A stretch of DNA of 32,000 bases from Pseudomonadota bacterium (GTDB lineage Bacteria > Desulfobacterota > Desulfovibrionia > Desulfovibrionales > Desulfovibrionaceae). Shown here one piece after another: positions 16,513-25,036 of this stretch. Below the pieces are notes generated by a model. That model saw only the letters and a program-made list of their open reading frames with translations, did no database searches and had not been told where the DNA came from. The stretch lies in assembly GCA_023460395.1 (NCBI GenBank), contig JAEWQB010000002.1, positions 11,517-43,516 on the forward strand, written 5' to 3'. Each line of letters opens with the position of its first letter. Within the stretch, counting starts at the first letter, position 1. The position numbers were made by a program, and so were the translations under genes.

Positions 16513-19188
16513 CTATTTTCCCCGCAGGCGACGGGTTGTGTGCCGGGTGGGCAGCGCTGTTGTTGGGTCTTCGGGCCATGGGTGTTTGGGATAGCGCCCC
16601 CGCATTTCGGCACGCACAGCGGGGTAGCCGTTTTTCCAGAACGAGGGAAGGTCGCATGTAACCTGAAGCGGCCTGCCCGCAGGGGAAAGCAGATGAACAG
16701 TCAGCGGATGGCGGCCTGAGGCGATGGTGGGGGTTTGGCTGGCTCCGAACATCTCTTGCAATTTTACCGGGAGGATGGGCGCTGTGCCGTCCGCGTAATC
16801 CAGACGGATATGCGAACCGGAGGGGACAGTGACATGAGTGGGGGCTTCCGCGTCCAGACGGCGCAGAAGGGACCAGTCCAACCGGGTTCGCAGCGCAGAG
16901 AGCAGGTCCACCGTGGAAAATTGCGAGCGCCGCGTGACGCCGGAAAGAAAGGGGGCAAGCCACATTTCCAGCGAATCCAGCAGGGCCGGGTCATGCATAT
17001 CCGGCCAGCAACCGGCGTCTGCTTGGGGGGCCAGCCCGCGTAAAAAGTTGACGCGGGCACACAGGGTGCGGGCTTCCGCATCCCACGGCAGGCAATGCAG
17101 GCCAAGCGAACGGATGCCATCCAGTATGGCTGTCCGCACGGCTTCCCGCGTGGCTTCCGTATCGTTGGCGAGCGGGGCATCCGCCAGTATGAGGGCACCC
17201 AAACGGGTCTGCTTTCTGGCGGAAACAGCCTCGGAACGGGAATCCCACGCAATGTGCGCATGCTCAACGCACTGCCGGGCAAACCGGTTTTCCAAAACCT
17301 CGCGGGAGATGGGGGCCGCTGTCCATATGCGGGCGCGTGCGGCGTTTCCGTCCAACTCCGCCACGGCGAGAAAGGGATCGTGGGCAAGAGGTGCCTCTGG
17401 CGGGAGCACGGCGGAACGTCCGTTGGCAAGGCGGAAAAGCCCGTTGCCACGTTGCTGCGCGATGCGGTCTGGATATGCGAGGGCCAGACACTCCCCGGCA
17501 TCGTCCGCCCGCACGGAGGAGCCGTGGGAAGGAAACCCGGCAGGGGCGATGTTCCGCAGTACCCGCTGTATGTGGTCAAATGCGGCGCTTACGGCACGGG
17601 AGGCGGTCTGCGCCGGAGAGGCAAGCCGGGCTACGGCGGAGCGCAGGTCCACCTCGCGCGGGGGGCGTTCCGCGAGCAGTGCCGCCACAGCACAGGCGGT
17701 AGCCGTTAATTCGGGGGACTCGTCCATGGTGGTAAGAACCATGTGCGCAAGACGCGGGTGCAACGGCAAGGAGAGCAAGGCCGATCCGTGCGGGGTGATG
17801 CGCTGGGCGGCGTTCAATGCGCCTATTTCTTGAAGCAACGTCACGGCTTGGGCAAAATTGCCACTTGGCGGTGGGGTAAGCCACGGCAGAGCACAGGCCG
17901 CGCTATATCCAGTCACGCCCCATGCCGCGAGTTCCAGCACAAGCGGGGCGAGGTCGGCATCACGAATTTCCGGCGGGGTAAAAGCACGCATGGAATGTTC
18001 GTCCGCCTGATCCCATAACCGCCAGCAGACACCGGGACTTAGCCGCCCGGCCCGCCCCTGCCGCTGTATGGCGGAAGCGAGGGAAATCTGTTCCGTAACC
18101 AGCCGGGTCATGCCGCTGCCGGGATGAAAGCGAGGAAGCCGGGTGAAGCCAGAGTCCACGACAACCTTGATCCCTTCAATGGTAAGCGATGTTTCCGCGA
18201 TGGAGGTGGCGAGCACCACTTTGCGGGTGCCGTCCGGTGCCGGGGCGATTGCGGCGTCCTGTTCTTGGGGGGAGAGATCCCCGTATAACGGGCGCACCAC
18301 CACGTTCTGCGGTAGGGGAGCCGCATCTGACGGGGCTATGCTTCCGCTTTTTTCAGGAGACCCGCAGAGCATTTCCGCTGTGCGCCGGATTTCTCCCGCA
18401 CCGGGCAGAAAAACCAAAATATCTCCCTGTTCGGTCCGTAGCGCATGGCGCACTGTAGCGGCTACATGAGCGAGCCGCGCTGCTGAAAGCGGCCCGATGG
18501 ATGATACGGAAGGGGCCGGTTGTCCCGTTCGCGTTTCTCGCGGAGGGGGAGCGTGGCGCACGCTGACGGGAAAGGACCGGCCTTCACAGGAAAGGAGGGG
18601 ACAATCGTCCAACAGCGCGGCAACAGGGGCGCAATCCAGCGTGGCAGACATGACAAGCAATCGCAGATCGGGGCGAAGGGCGTTTTGTGCTTCCCGGCAA
18701 AGGGCTAGGCCGAGGTCGGCATGCATGCTGCGTTCGTGGAACTCATCAAAAATGACGATGCCGTAGCCGGAGAGTTCGGGGTCTGCCTGAAGTAACCGGG
18801 TGAGCACGCCTTCTGTGATAACCTCAATGCGGGTCGCGGAGCCGACACGTGTTTCATGGCGGATTCGGTAGCCCACAGTCTGACCGGGCTGTTCTCCCAG
18901 AGTGCGGGCCATGAATGCGGCGGCGGAGCGAGCGGCGAGGCGGCGCGGTTCCAGCATGAGAATGCGTTGGCCTGCCAGCCATGGGGTGGTGAGCAACGCA
19001 GGGGGAACACGGGTCGTTTTTCCCGCTCCCGGCGGTGCGTGAAGCAGGGCGTTTGGCGTAACGGAAAGTGTCTGGCACAGCTCGGAGAGCACCGCGTCAA
19101 TAGGAAGCGTGTGCTGGTCCGGTAGGCTCTGGGCGGGTGGAGTGAAACTGGCGGGGCGCGGCGGCATGGGCAGTATGGATTTCCTCAC
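16513..19188 (-). CDS. hrpB: ATP-dependent RNA helicase HrpB (DEAH box)
   Basis: Walker A APPGAGKTT, DEFH box VIFDEFHERS, SAT, QRQGRAGR, and a long HrpB-type C-terminal region. The start is either GTG 19188 or ATG 19167. Confidence 0.9.
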   Translation of the reverse strand: MRKSILPMPPRPASFTPPAQSLPDQHTLPIDAVLSELCQTLSVTPNALLHAPPGAGKTTRVPPALLTTPWLAGQRILMLEPRRLAARSAAAFMARTLGEQPGQTVGYRIRHETRVGSATRIEVITEGVLTRLLQADPELSGYGIVIFDEFHERSMHADLGLALCREAQNALRPDLRLLVMSATLDCAPVAALLDDCPLLSCEGRSFPVSVRHAPPPRETRTGQPAPSVSSIGPLSAARLAHVAATVRHALRTEQGDILVFLPGAGEIRRTAEMLCGSPEKSGSIAPSDAAPLPQNVVVRPLYGDLSPQEQDAAIAPAPDGTRKVVLATSIAETSLTIEGIKVVVDSGFTRLPRFHPGSGMTRLVTEQISLASAIQRQGRAGRLSPGVCWRLWDQADEHSMRAFTPPEIRDADLAPLVLELAAWGVTGYSAACALPWLTPPPSGNFAQAVTLLQEIGALNAAQRITPHGSALLSLPLHPRLAHMVLTTMDESPELTATACAVAALLAERPPREVDLRSAVARLASPAQTASRAVSAAFDHIQRVLRNIAPAGFPSHGSSVRADDAGECLALAYPDRIAQQRGNGLFRLANGRSAVLPPEAPLAHDPFLAVAELDGNAARARIWTAAPISREVLENRFARQCVEHAHIAWDSRSEAVSARKQTRLGALILADAPLANDTEATREAVRTAILDGIRSLGLHCLPWDAEARTLCARVNFLRGLAPQADAGCWPDMHDPALLDSLEMWLAPFLSGVTRRSQFSTVDLLSALRTRLDWSLLRRLDAEAPTHVTVPSGSHIRLDYADGTAPILPVKLQEMFGASQTPTIASGRHPLTVHLLSPAGRPLQVTCDLPSFWKNGYPAVRAEMRGRYPKHPWPEDPTTALPTRHTTRRLRGK

Positions 19189-19286
19189 GTGTCCTGATGG
19201 CTGATGCGTGAATATAGTCCAAAGCGGCTTCGCTGCCTAGCATGCCACCACCTCCCGTGGCGCATGGTGCCCGACGGTCAGGACGG

Positions 19287-20174
19287 TTATTCAATACGCA
19301 CGGCTGTGGGTTGGACCAAAAGAGGTAGGCGCGGTCCAGCGGCAAAGGGGACCAGTCCGTATTGCTGAACGATGGTCGCAAGTTCTCCAGATTCCCGCAA
19401 CTGGTCCAGCGCTCCCTGAAATGAGGCCACAGCGGCGTCCGGCACGCTTTTGTGGAAGGCGTAATACATATAGGCCTCGCGCAGAGGGAATACCGCCTCA
19501 TACTCGTTGGGGGAAAATCCCGCGGCGCGGATCAGGGAATCTGCCGCGACAATATCATAGGCCCATGCGTCTATGCGTCCCCTGTTCATCATTTCCACAA
19601 TACCGGGAGGAAAGGTGGTGAGCACCAGCCGATTTTCAGGGTAGCCCAACTCCAAAAGCAGCCTGTGTCCCATGTCCTGCGGCAGAGCGGCGACGGTGTA
19701 TTGGGATATGTCCGCCGGAGTATGAATGCGTACTTGCCGGTCTTTGCGGGCTATCAGACCCGTGACGGCGGGCATGATGGGACCGGCCCATTTGAAGCAT
19801 GTTTCGCGCGAAGGAGTGCGGGCCACAACAAAAAGGCACGACGCGGGTGTTTCCAGTGCGGTGCGATACGCCCGCGACCATGGCAGAATACGCACGCGAT
19901 CGGGAGACGGTTTGCCCAGAGTCCGCAGCACCGCGCGGAGAACTTCCACGGCTATACCGGCCTGTTTACCTTCCTGATTAACGGTATACGGCGCATATTC
20001 GTCGGAAATCCACGTGATAGCGCTAACATCCATGGGCGAATTTTGTTGCGCATTGCCCGCGTGCGGGGTCAGCAGGAGAAAAAAGAGGCCAATGAGGAGC
20101 GTTTTCGTGAAAATGCCGCCGGTATCACAACGCGCGGAAGCTGGGTTGGGGAAAAAGCGGGGACAACGACGCAT
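19287..20174 (-). CDS. Periplasmic solute-binding protein (family-3 SBP fold), orphan with no adjacent permease or ATPase
   Basis: Signal-like N-terminus (LLIGLFFLLLTPHAGNA) followed by a type-3 SBP-like sequence (...YAPYTV...GIAVEVLRAV...). GGAGA lies 6 nt before ATG 20174. Confidence 0.7.
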   Translation of the reverse strand: MRRCPRFFPNPASARCDTGGIFTKTLLIGLFFLLLTPHAGNAQQNSPMDVSAITWISDEYAPYTVNQEGKQAGIAVEVLRAVLRTLGKPSPDRVRILPWSRAYRTALETPASCLFVVARTPSRETCFKWAGPIMPAVTGLIARKDRQVRIHTPADISQYTVAALPQDMGHRLLLELGYPENRLVLTTFPPGIVEMMNRGRIDAWAYDIVAADSLIRAAGFSPNEYEAVFPLREAYMYYAFHKSVPDAAVASFQGALDQLRESGELATIVQQYGLVPFAAGPRLPLLVQPTAVRIE

Positions 20175-20483
20175 AGATTCTCCAGAAAAGGGGGTGTGGC
20201 ATACGTATATGTTGCTAGCATAGCATCGGTGAATCTATGCGGCAACGCAAATTCTGCCTAACCTTCTTTCGTTCCATCATATGCGGAAGAGCGGCATGTG
20301 CTGTATCTGGTTACGGAAAAAGATGGTTTTTTAAAAAGAATTGCAGGGTTCCGTAAAAATCGTTTGTGGATTGCGCATTTTTTCTTTCCTTCCTTGTTCA
20401 GCCCCTTGACGAGGTGGTGGGGAATGGATATTGATTGCTTAACCAAACAGTTTAAGGGGAAACCGCATCAGGAGGAAACCGTG

Positions 20484-21017
20484 ATGGAACTACCCGCTCT
20501 TGCCAGTTTTCTGGTACCCGTTGATGGCAGCGAAGCATCTCGCCGTGCCAAGCGTTACGCCGTAGCGCTGGCGCGCCAGTGTGGCGCCCGCGTTATTCTT
20601 TTCCACGCCCAAGGTCAGGTGACTGGTCGCATTGGGGCCGAAGGCCGCCAGAAGGTTGTGGAAAAAGATTTCGCGCATATCGACAAAGTGTTCGGAATTT
20701 ATGAAGACGGCTTTAAAGACGCCGGAGTGGAATACGAAACACAGGTCGCACTCGGCGATCCGGCTGACGCCATTGTAAAGGCCGCCTGTGATAACAACTG
20801 CGGCATGATTATTATGGGCAGCAAGGGACAGACCGGCGTGCGCAAAGTGCTGGGTTCCGTTTCGGGCCGCGTAAGCGCCGCTAGCCCCATCCCCGTGCTT
20901 ATGGTGGGGGCGGAATGTGATTGCGCCAACTCCTGCGGCAAAGAGTGCCTGTGGAAATGTCGGTTTGAACCCGTTCCCAACTTGCAGGATCTTGGCTGCC
21001 GCCGTACGCACGCGTAG
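20484..21017 (+). CDS. Universal stress protein (UspA family) with a Cys-rich C-terminal tail (177 aa)
   Basis: LVPVDGSEASRRA...IIMGSKGQTGVRKVLGSVSGRV...PVLMV is the USP ATP-binding type. AGGAGG precedes ATG 20484. The track ORF start at 20298 is rejected. Confidence 0.85.
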   Translation: MELPALASFLVPVDGSEASRRAKRYAVALARQCGARVILFHAQGQVTGRIGAEGRQKVVEKDFAHIDKVFGIYEDGFKDAGVEYETQVALGDPADAIVKAACDNNCGMIIMGSKGQTGVRKVLGSVSGRVSAASPIPVLMVGAECDCANSCGKECLWKCRFEPVPNLQDLGCRRTHA

Positions 21018-21192
21018 CAGTCGCGGGCGGAAGGGTACTCCGCATGGGGGTGCCTGATTGATTTTCGGACTGGCGTGCGCGGGGAACTGCCCGGAATCTT
21101 TCGTGTGATCGCAAATGGTGTACGGCGGGGTGTGGCCCGGCGAAGGCCGTTGCGGTTGTTGTTTGGCAAATTGTGCACAGGAAGAATGCATG

Positions 21193-21239
21193 CCCGGCGT
21201 TTTAGGTGTATGAAACCTAATACGCCGGGTTTTTTGTTT
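21193..21239 (+). terminator. Canonical intrinsic terminator, about 175 nt after usp and about 160 nt before fhs
   Basis: CCCGGCGTTTTAGGT-gtatgaa-ACCTAATACGCCGGG (14 bp with one mismatch) followed by TTTTTTGTTT. There is no A-tract on the other side, so it is plus-strand specific. Confidence 0.78.
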
Positions 21240-21398
21240 GAGGTGCGAAATTGGGAACTGTGTATGGGCAATCTTGCGTGAATATGCAGTTTTCTGTGCG
21301 AAAAATAGGGAAACTGGGGATGGCTGTCACAAAGTTGACGAAAAAAGTGCGCCAGCGTATGGGCTGTTGCACCACAACACCACATAAGGAGACATTGC

Positions 21399-23198
21399 AT
21401 GCAGCCGGAAGTACCCTCCGTTAGTTCCCTTGATCCCAAACGCCACGCCGACTGGGAAATCGCACAAGATGCGGAAACCCGCATGAAAACCATCTATAAT
21501 CTGGCGGGAGAGATGGGACTGGAGGAGCGGGAGCTGCTTCCTTACGGGCATTATATGGGCAAAATAGACCATCGCGCCGTGCTGGAACGGCTGGCAGGAA
21601 GGCCCAACGGAAAATATGTGAATGTCACCGCCATCAGCCCCACACCGCTTGGCGAGGGGAAGTCTACCACAACCATTGGCTTGGTGCAGGGCTTGGGACG
21701 GCGGGGCAAAAAAGCTTCTGCCGCCATTCGTCAGCCTTCCGGTGGCCCTACCATGGGAGTGAAAGGCTCCGCCGCCGGAGGGGGCCTGTCGCAGTGCATC
21801 CCGCTTACGCCGTTTTCGCTCGGCTTCACTGGCGACATAAATGCCGTCATGAACGCGCACAATCTGGCTATGACAGCCCTCACCGCGCGTATGCAGCACG
21901 AGCGGAATTATGATGACGCCAAGCTGTTGCGTCTTTCCGGTATGCCACGGTTGAACGTGGACCCCACGCGGGTGGAGATGGGCTGGGTTATGGATTTTTG
22001 TGCGCAGGCGCTGCGAAATATCATCGTCGGCATTGATGGTGTAAACGGGGCGCGGGACGGGTATATGATGCGCTCCCGGTTTGATATCGCCGTTTCCTCG
22101 GAAGTTATGGCCATACTCGCGGTTGCGCGTGATCTGAAAGATTTGCGTAACCGTATGGGCAATATCATCATCGCTTACGATACTGCGGGAAAACCGCTCA
22201 CTACCCGCGATTTTGAGGTAGACGGTGCGATGACCGCATGGTTGGTGGATGCCGTGAACCCCAACCTTATCCAAACCGTGGAAGGGCAGCCTGTTCTCGT
22301 GCATGCTGGACCCTTTGCCAACATCGCGTTGGGGCAAAGCTCCATCATCGCGGATCAGGTGGGGCTGAAGCTTTCCGAGTATCACGTAACGGAGTCCGGC
22401 TTTGCCGCTGACATCGGGTATGAGAAATTTTGGAACCTCAAATGCCATTACAGCGGCATGACCCCGGACGCAGCTGTGGTGGTAGCCACGGTGCGCGCTC
22501 TGAAATGCCATGGCGGTGCCCCGATGCCCGTGCCGGGACGCAAACTGCCCGACGAATACGCTAGGGAAAATGTGGAATGGGTGGAAAAAGGCTGCGCTAA
22601 TCTATTACACCACATAAAGATTGTTAAACGCAGCGGCGTGTCGCCCGTGGTGTGCATTAACGCATTCGTTACAGATACGCCCAATGAAATAGCGAAAATA
22701 CGCTCGTTGTGCGAAAGCGCCGGTGCCAGAGTGGCAGTGTCGCACCATTGGGAGCGCGGTGGCGAGGGGGCACTGGAACTGGCGGACGCCGTAATGGACG
22801 CCTGCAACGACGAAAAACAGCTTAGCCCCCTGTATGACTGGTCGTTACCCTTGCGCCAGCGTATCGAAACGGTGGCGACAACCGTGTATGGTGCCGACGG
22901 CGTGGAATATTCTTTCAATGCGCGGGCACGGCTTGAAGCAATGGAAGGGGACGAGCGTTTTTCTCAGTTTGGCATCTGCATGGTAAAAACGCATCTCTCT
23001 CTTTCTGATGATCCCGCCCGCAAGGGTGTCCCTACCGGGTGGCGGCTGAAAGTGCGGGATGTGCTGACCTTTGGCGGAGCGGAACTGGTGGTGCCGGTGG
23101 CGGGAGACATCTCGCTTATGCCGGGCACAGGGTCCAACCCATCGTTCCGCCGGATAGATGTGGATACCGATACCGGCCGGGTGAAGGGGCTGTTTTAA
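21399..23198 (+). CDS. fhs: Formate--tetrahydrofolate ligase (599 aa)
   Basis: [19 protein letters not shown] (P-loop) with full-length FTHFS-type sequence. AAGGAG lies 7 nt before ATG 21399. Confidence 0.95.
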   Translation: MQPEVPSVSSLDPKRHADWEIAQDAETRMKTIYNLAGEMGLEERELLPYGHYMGKIDHRAVLERLAGRPNGKYVNVTAISPTPLGEGKSTTTIGLVQGLGRRGKKASAAIRQPSGGPTMGVKGSAAGGGLSQCIPLTPFSLGFTGDINAVMNAHNLAMTALTARMQHERNYDDAKLLRLSGMPRLNVDPTRVEMGWVMDFCAQALRNIIVGIDGVNGARDGYMMRSRFDIAVSSEVMAILAVARDLKDLRNRMGNIIIAYDTAGKPLTTRDFEVDGAMTAWLVDAVNPNLIQTVEGQPVLVHAGPFANIALGQSSIIADQVGLKLSEYHVTESGFAADIGYEKFWNLKCHYSGMTPDAAVVVATVRALKCHGGAPMPVPGRKLPDEYARENVEWVEKGCANLLHHIKIVKRSGVSPVVCINAFVTDTPNEIAKIRSLCESAGARVAVSHHWERGGEGALELADAVMDACNDEKQLSPLYDWSLPLRQRIETVATTVYGADGVEYSFNARARLEAMEGDERFSQFGICMVKTHLSLSDDPARKGVPTGWRLKVRDVLTFGGAELVVPVAGDISLMPGTGSNPSFRRIDVDTDTGRVKGLF

Positions 23199-23207
23199 CC
23201 ACGCACC

Positions 23208-23248
23208 CCGGCAGTGGGGGCGCCGCACGCCAAAGGGCGCACTGCCGG
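23208..23248 (+). other. GC-rich stem-loop in the fhs-folD intergenic region (possible partial terminator or processing site)
   Basis: CCGGCAGTG...GCGCC-loop-GGCGC-ACTGCCGG forms about 14 bp with a 3-nt bulge. A T-rich stretch (GGTTTTGTGCGGTTT) starts only about 10 nt later, so this is not a textbook terminator. Confidence 0.35.
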
Positions 23249-23375
23249 AGACTGCTTGGTTTTGTGCGGTTTCCATACTCGCGGCGGGGCGTACCGGCTT
23301 TCCTATTGACACGAATGCGACGTCCGGGCAAAACCGGGCGCGGCACGACCTTTCATTTCAGCCACGGGAGGCGAC

Positions 23376-24293
23376 ATGAACGCGGAAATTATCAGCGGAA
23401 CCGCCATGCGTACCGCGATTCTTGAGGAGCTCGCCCAAGAAGTGGCGTCCATGCGGGAAAAATACGGTAAGGTTCCGGGATTAGTTACCATTTTGGTAGG
23501 AGAAAACCCGGCATCTGTCAGTTACGTCACCCTGAAAGTGAAAACCGCTTTGTCACTGGGATTTCATGAAGTGCAAGATTCCCAGCCGGAGTCTATTACC
23601 GAAGAAGCCCTGCTCGACCTGATTGATCAGTATAATCAGGATCCCGACATTCACGGCATTTTGGTGCAATTGCCGTTGCCCAAGCATATTAGCGAAGAAC
23701 GCGTTATCAATGCCATTGACCCGGATAAGGACGTGGATGGCTTCCACCCGGTTAATCTGGGGCGCATGGTCATCGGCGGTGAGCAGCAAGGATTTTTGCC
23801 CTGCACTCCTGCGGGCATTCAGGAGATGATCGTCCGCTCCGGCACGCCTACCAGCGGAGCCGAGGTGGTTGTCGTGGGGCGTTCCAACATTGTGGGCAAG
23901 CCTATTGCCGTCATGATGGGACAGAAGGGCCAAGGCGCAAATAGCACCGTGACCATGGTGCACACCGCCACCCGTAACCTTGCGGAGCATTGCCGCCGGG
24001 CGGACATTCTTATTGTCGCCGCCGGTGTGCCCGGTTTAGTGAAGCCGGAATGGATTAAGCCCGGCGCGACGGTTATTGACGTGGGCGTGAACCGCATCGG
24101 CACAAGCGCGTCTGGTAAGGCGCAGCTTTCCGGTGATGTGGATTTTGAAGCTGCCTGCAAGGTGGCGGGGAAAATTACCCCCGTTCCCGGCGGAGTGGGG
24201 CCAATGACCATTGCCATGTTGATGAAAAACACTGTGCGGGCCGCATGGCGGCAATTGGACCATGCCGAGGAACACGCCTTTCTTTGCCGTTAA
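23376..24293 (+). CDS. folD: Bifunctional 5,10-methylene-THF dehydrogenase / 5,10-methenyl-THF cyclohydrolase
   Basis: LVTILVGENPASVSYVTLKVK, ILVQLPLP, DVDGFHP, VVVGRSNIVGKP and PVPGGVGPMTIAML are all FolD signatures. GGGAGG precedes ATG 23376. Confidence 0.95.
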   Translation: MNAEIISGTAMRTAILEELAQEVASMREKYGKVPGLVTILVGENPASVSYVTLKVKTALSLGFHEVQDSQPESITEEALLDLIDQYNQDPDIHGILVQLPLPKHISEERVINAIDPDKDVDGFHPVNLGRMVIGGEQQGFLPCTPAGIQEMIVRSGTPTSGAEVVVVGRSNIVGKPIAVMMGQKGQGANSTVTMVHTATRNLAEHCRRADILIVAAGVPGLVKPEWIKPGATVIDVGVNRIGTSASGKAQLSGDVDFEAACKVAGKITPVPGGVGPMTIAMLMKNTVRAAWRQLDHAEEHAFLCR

Positions 24294-24337
24294 CAGGCGT
24301 TGGGTGTGCTTACCCGCATCGCGCGGAAATATTTGGA

Positions 24338-24382
24338 ATACGAGAACAGGCGTTGGAGCAATTCCAACGCCTGTTCTCGTAT
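24338..24382. terminator. Perfect 20-bp hairpin between the convergent folD and dtxR/mntR-like genes
   Basis: ATACGAGAACAGGCGTTGGA-gcaat-TCCAACGCCTGTTCTCGTAT. There is no clear U-tract on either side, so function as a terminator is inferred from position only. Confidence 0.5.
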
Positions 24383-24490
24383 GTGCGGTGCACTGCGTGA
24401 TTCGCGCCTAGTTCGTGCCTGATTTGGGCGTGGTTTACGGATCTATACGTGCTTGTTCGCGATCTGTGCGAGATCTGCGCGAGATATGGG

Positions 24491-25036
24491 TTATTTATAC
24501 GGATTAGCTGCGGTGTGTTCTGTTATGCGGTCGCGGCGGGCGGTTTCCTGCCTGAGCGGGTCGCCATGGGAGTGCTTGGAGGAAAGGTTTTCCTGCTTGT
24601 AAATTTCCTGCCACTTTTCCCAGAATTCGGGGCGGCTTTTTAAAAACAGAATAAACTGTCCCACGCGTTTTATCACGTCGGGCGGCACCACATGCTCAAG
24701 CATACAGGCCACTTCGTTAGCGCGTTCTTCGTGCACGTAAAGAATGTGCTGCAAAAGTTCTTGAAAGACGAGGTGGCGGTGTGCAATGTCACGCCCGATG
24801 ATAAGCCCTTCGTCCGTTAACCGGATGAGGCTGTAAGGGGAGTACTCAACCAGCCCCATAGATTTGAGAACCTTGAGGCTGCTTGTTACAGTAGATCGGG
24901 AAACGCCTGCCTCATCTGCAATGGCTCCTGCCCGGGCAGCGCCTTCATGCATTTCTAACTGGAAAATAATCTCCAAATAATTTTCCAGAACAGGGGTTAG
25001 CTCCCTGCCTCCGTACCGTTGTTGCGTATGTTCCAT
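24491..25036 (-). CDS. DtxR/MntR-family metal-dependent transcriptional regulator (181 aa)
   Basis: LTPVLENYLEIIFQLE...AGAIADEAGVSRSTVTSSLKVLKSMGLVEY (wHTH), then RHLVFQELL...EVACMLEHVV (metal-site/dimerisation region). Start set to ATG 25036. The track start at 25231 is rejected. Confidence 0.85.
   Translation of the reverse strand: MEHTQQRYGGRELTPVLENYLEIIFQLEMHEGAARAGAIADEAGVSRSTVTSSLKVLKSMGLVEYSPYSLIRLTDEGLIIGRDIAHRHLVFQELLQHILYVHEERANEVACMLEHVVPPDVIKRVGQFILFLKSRPEFWEKWQEIYKQENLSSKHSHGDPLRQETARRDRITEHTAANPYK

Noticed and set aside
20258-20446. 62-aa Lys-rich minus-strand ORF in the SBP/usp divergent intergenic region
   Set aside because: It has a TTG start with no RBS and lies in the AT-rich promoter region. 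The basic composition simply reflects A-tracts.
21061-21100. ZTP (pfl) riboswitch upstream of fhs, suggested by GACTGGCG and the one-carbon gene context
   Set aside because: Only the 8-nt core is present. I could not find the conserved 3' CCGNNCGCCUGGGC element or a convincing P1/P2 architecture. An 8-mer match alone is expected by chance. It should still be confirmed with Infernal.
21319-21331. 13-nt exact repeat GATGGCTGTCACA upstream of fhs, also present at 26531-26543 upstream of the DUF2254 gene, as a possible shared operator
   Set aside because: A back-of-envelope expectation for a 13-mer coincidence in 32 kb on both strands is several per window, so it is not significant without conservation evidence.
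20490-22511. Minus-strand ORFs 20490-21191, 20699-21493 and 21327-22511
   Set aside because: They are antisense to usp and fhs or span intergenic DNA and the plus-strand terminator. No recognisable families, and low-complexity Arg/Pro/His-rich products.
23306-23311. Perfect TTGACA -35 hexamer upstream of folD as an internal promoter
   Set aside because: No acceptable -10 element follows at 16-18 nt (CAAAAC/AAAACC). folD is more simply co-transcribed with fhs through the imperfect stem-loop.
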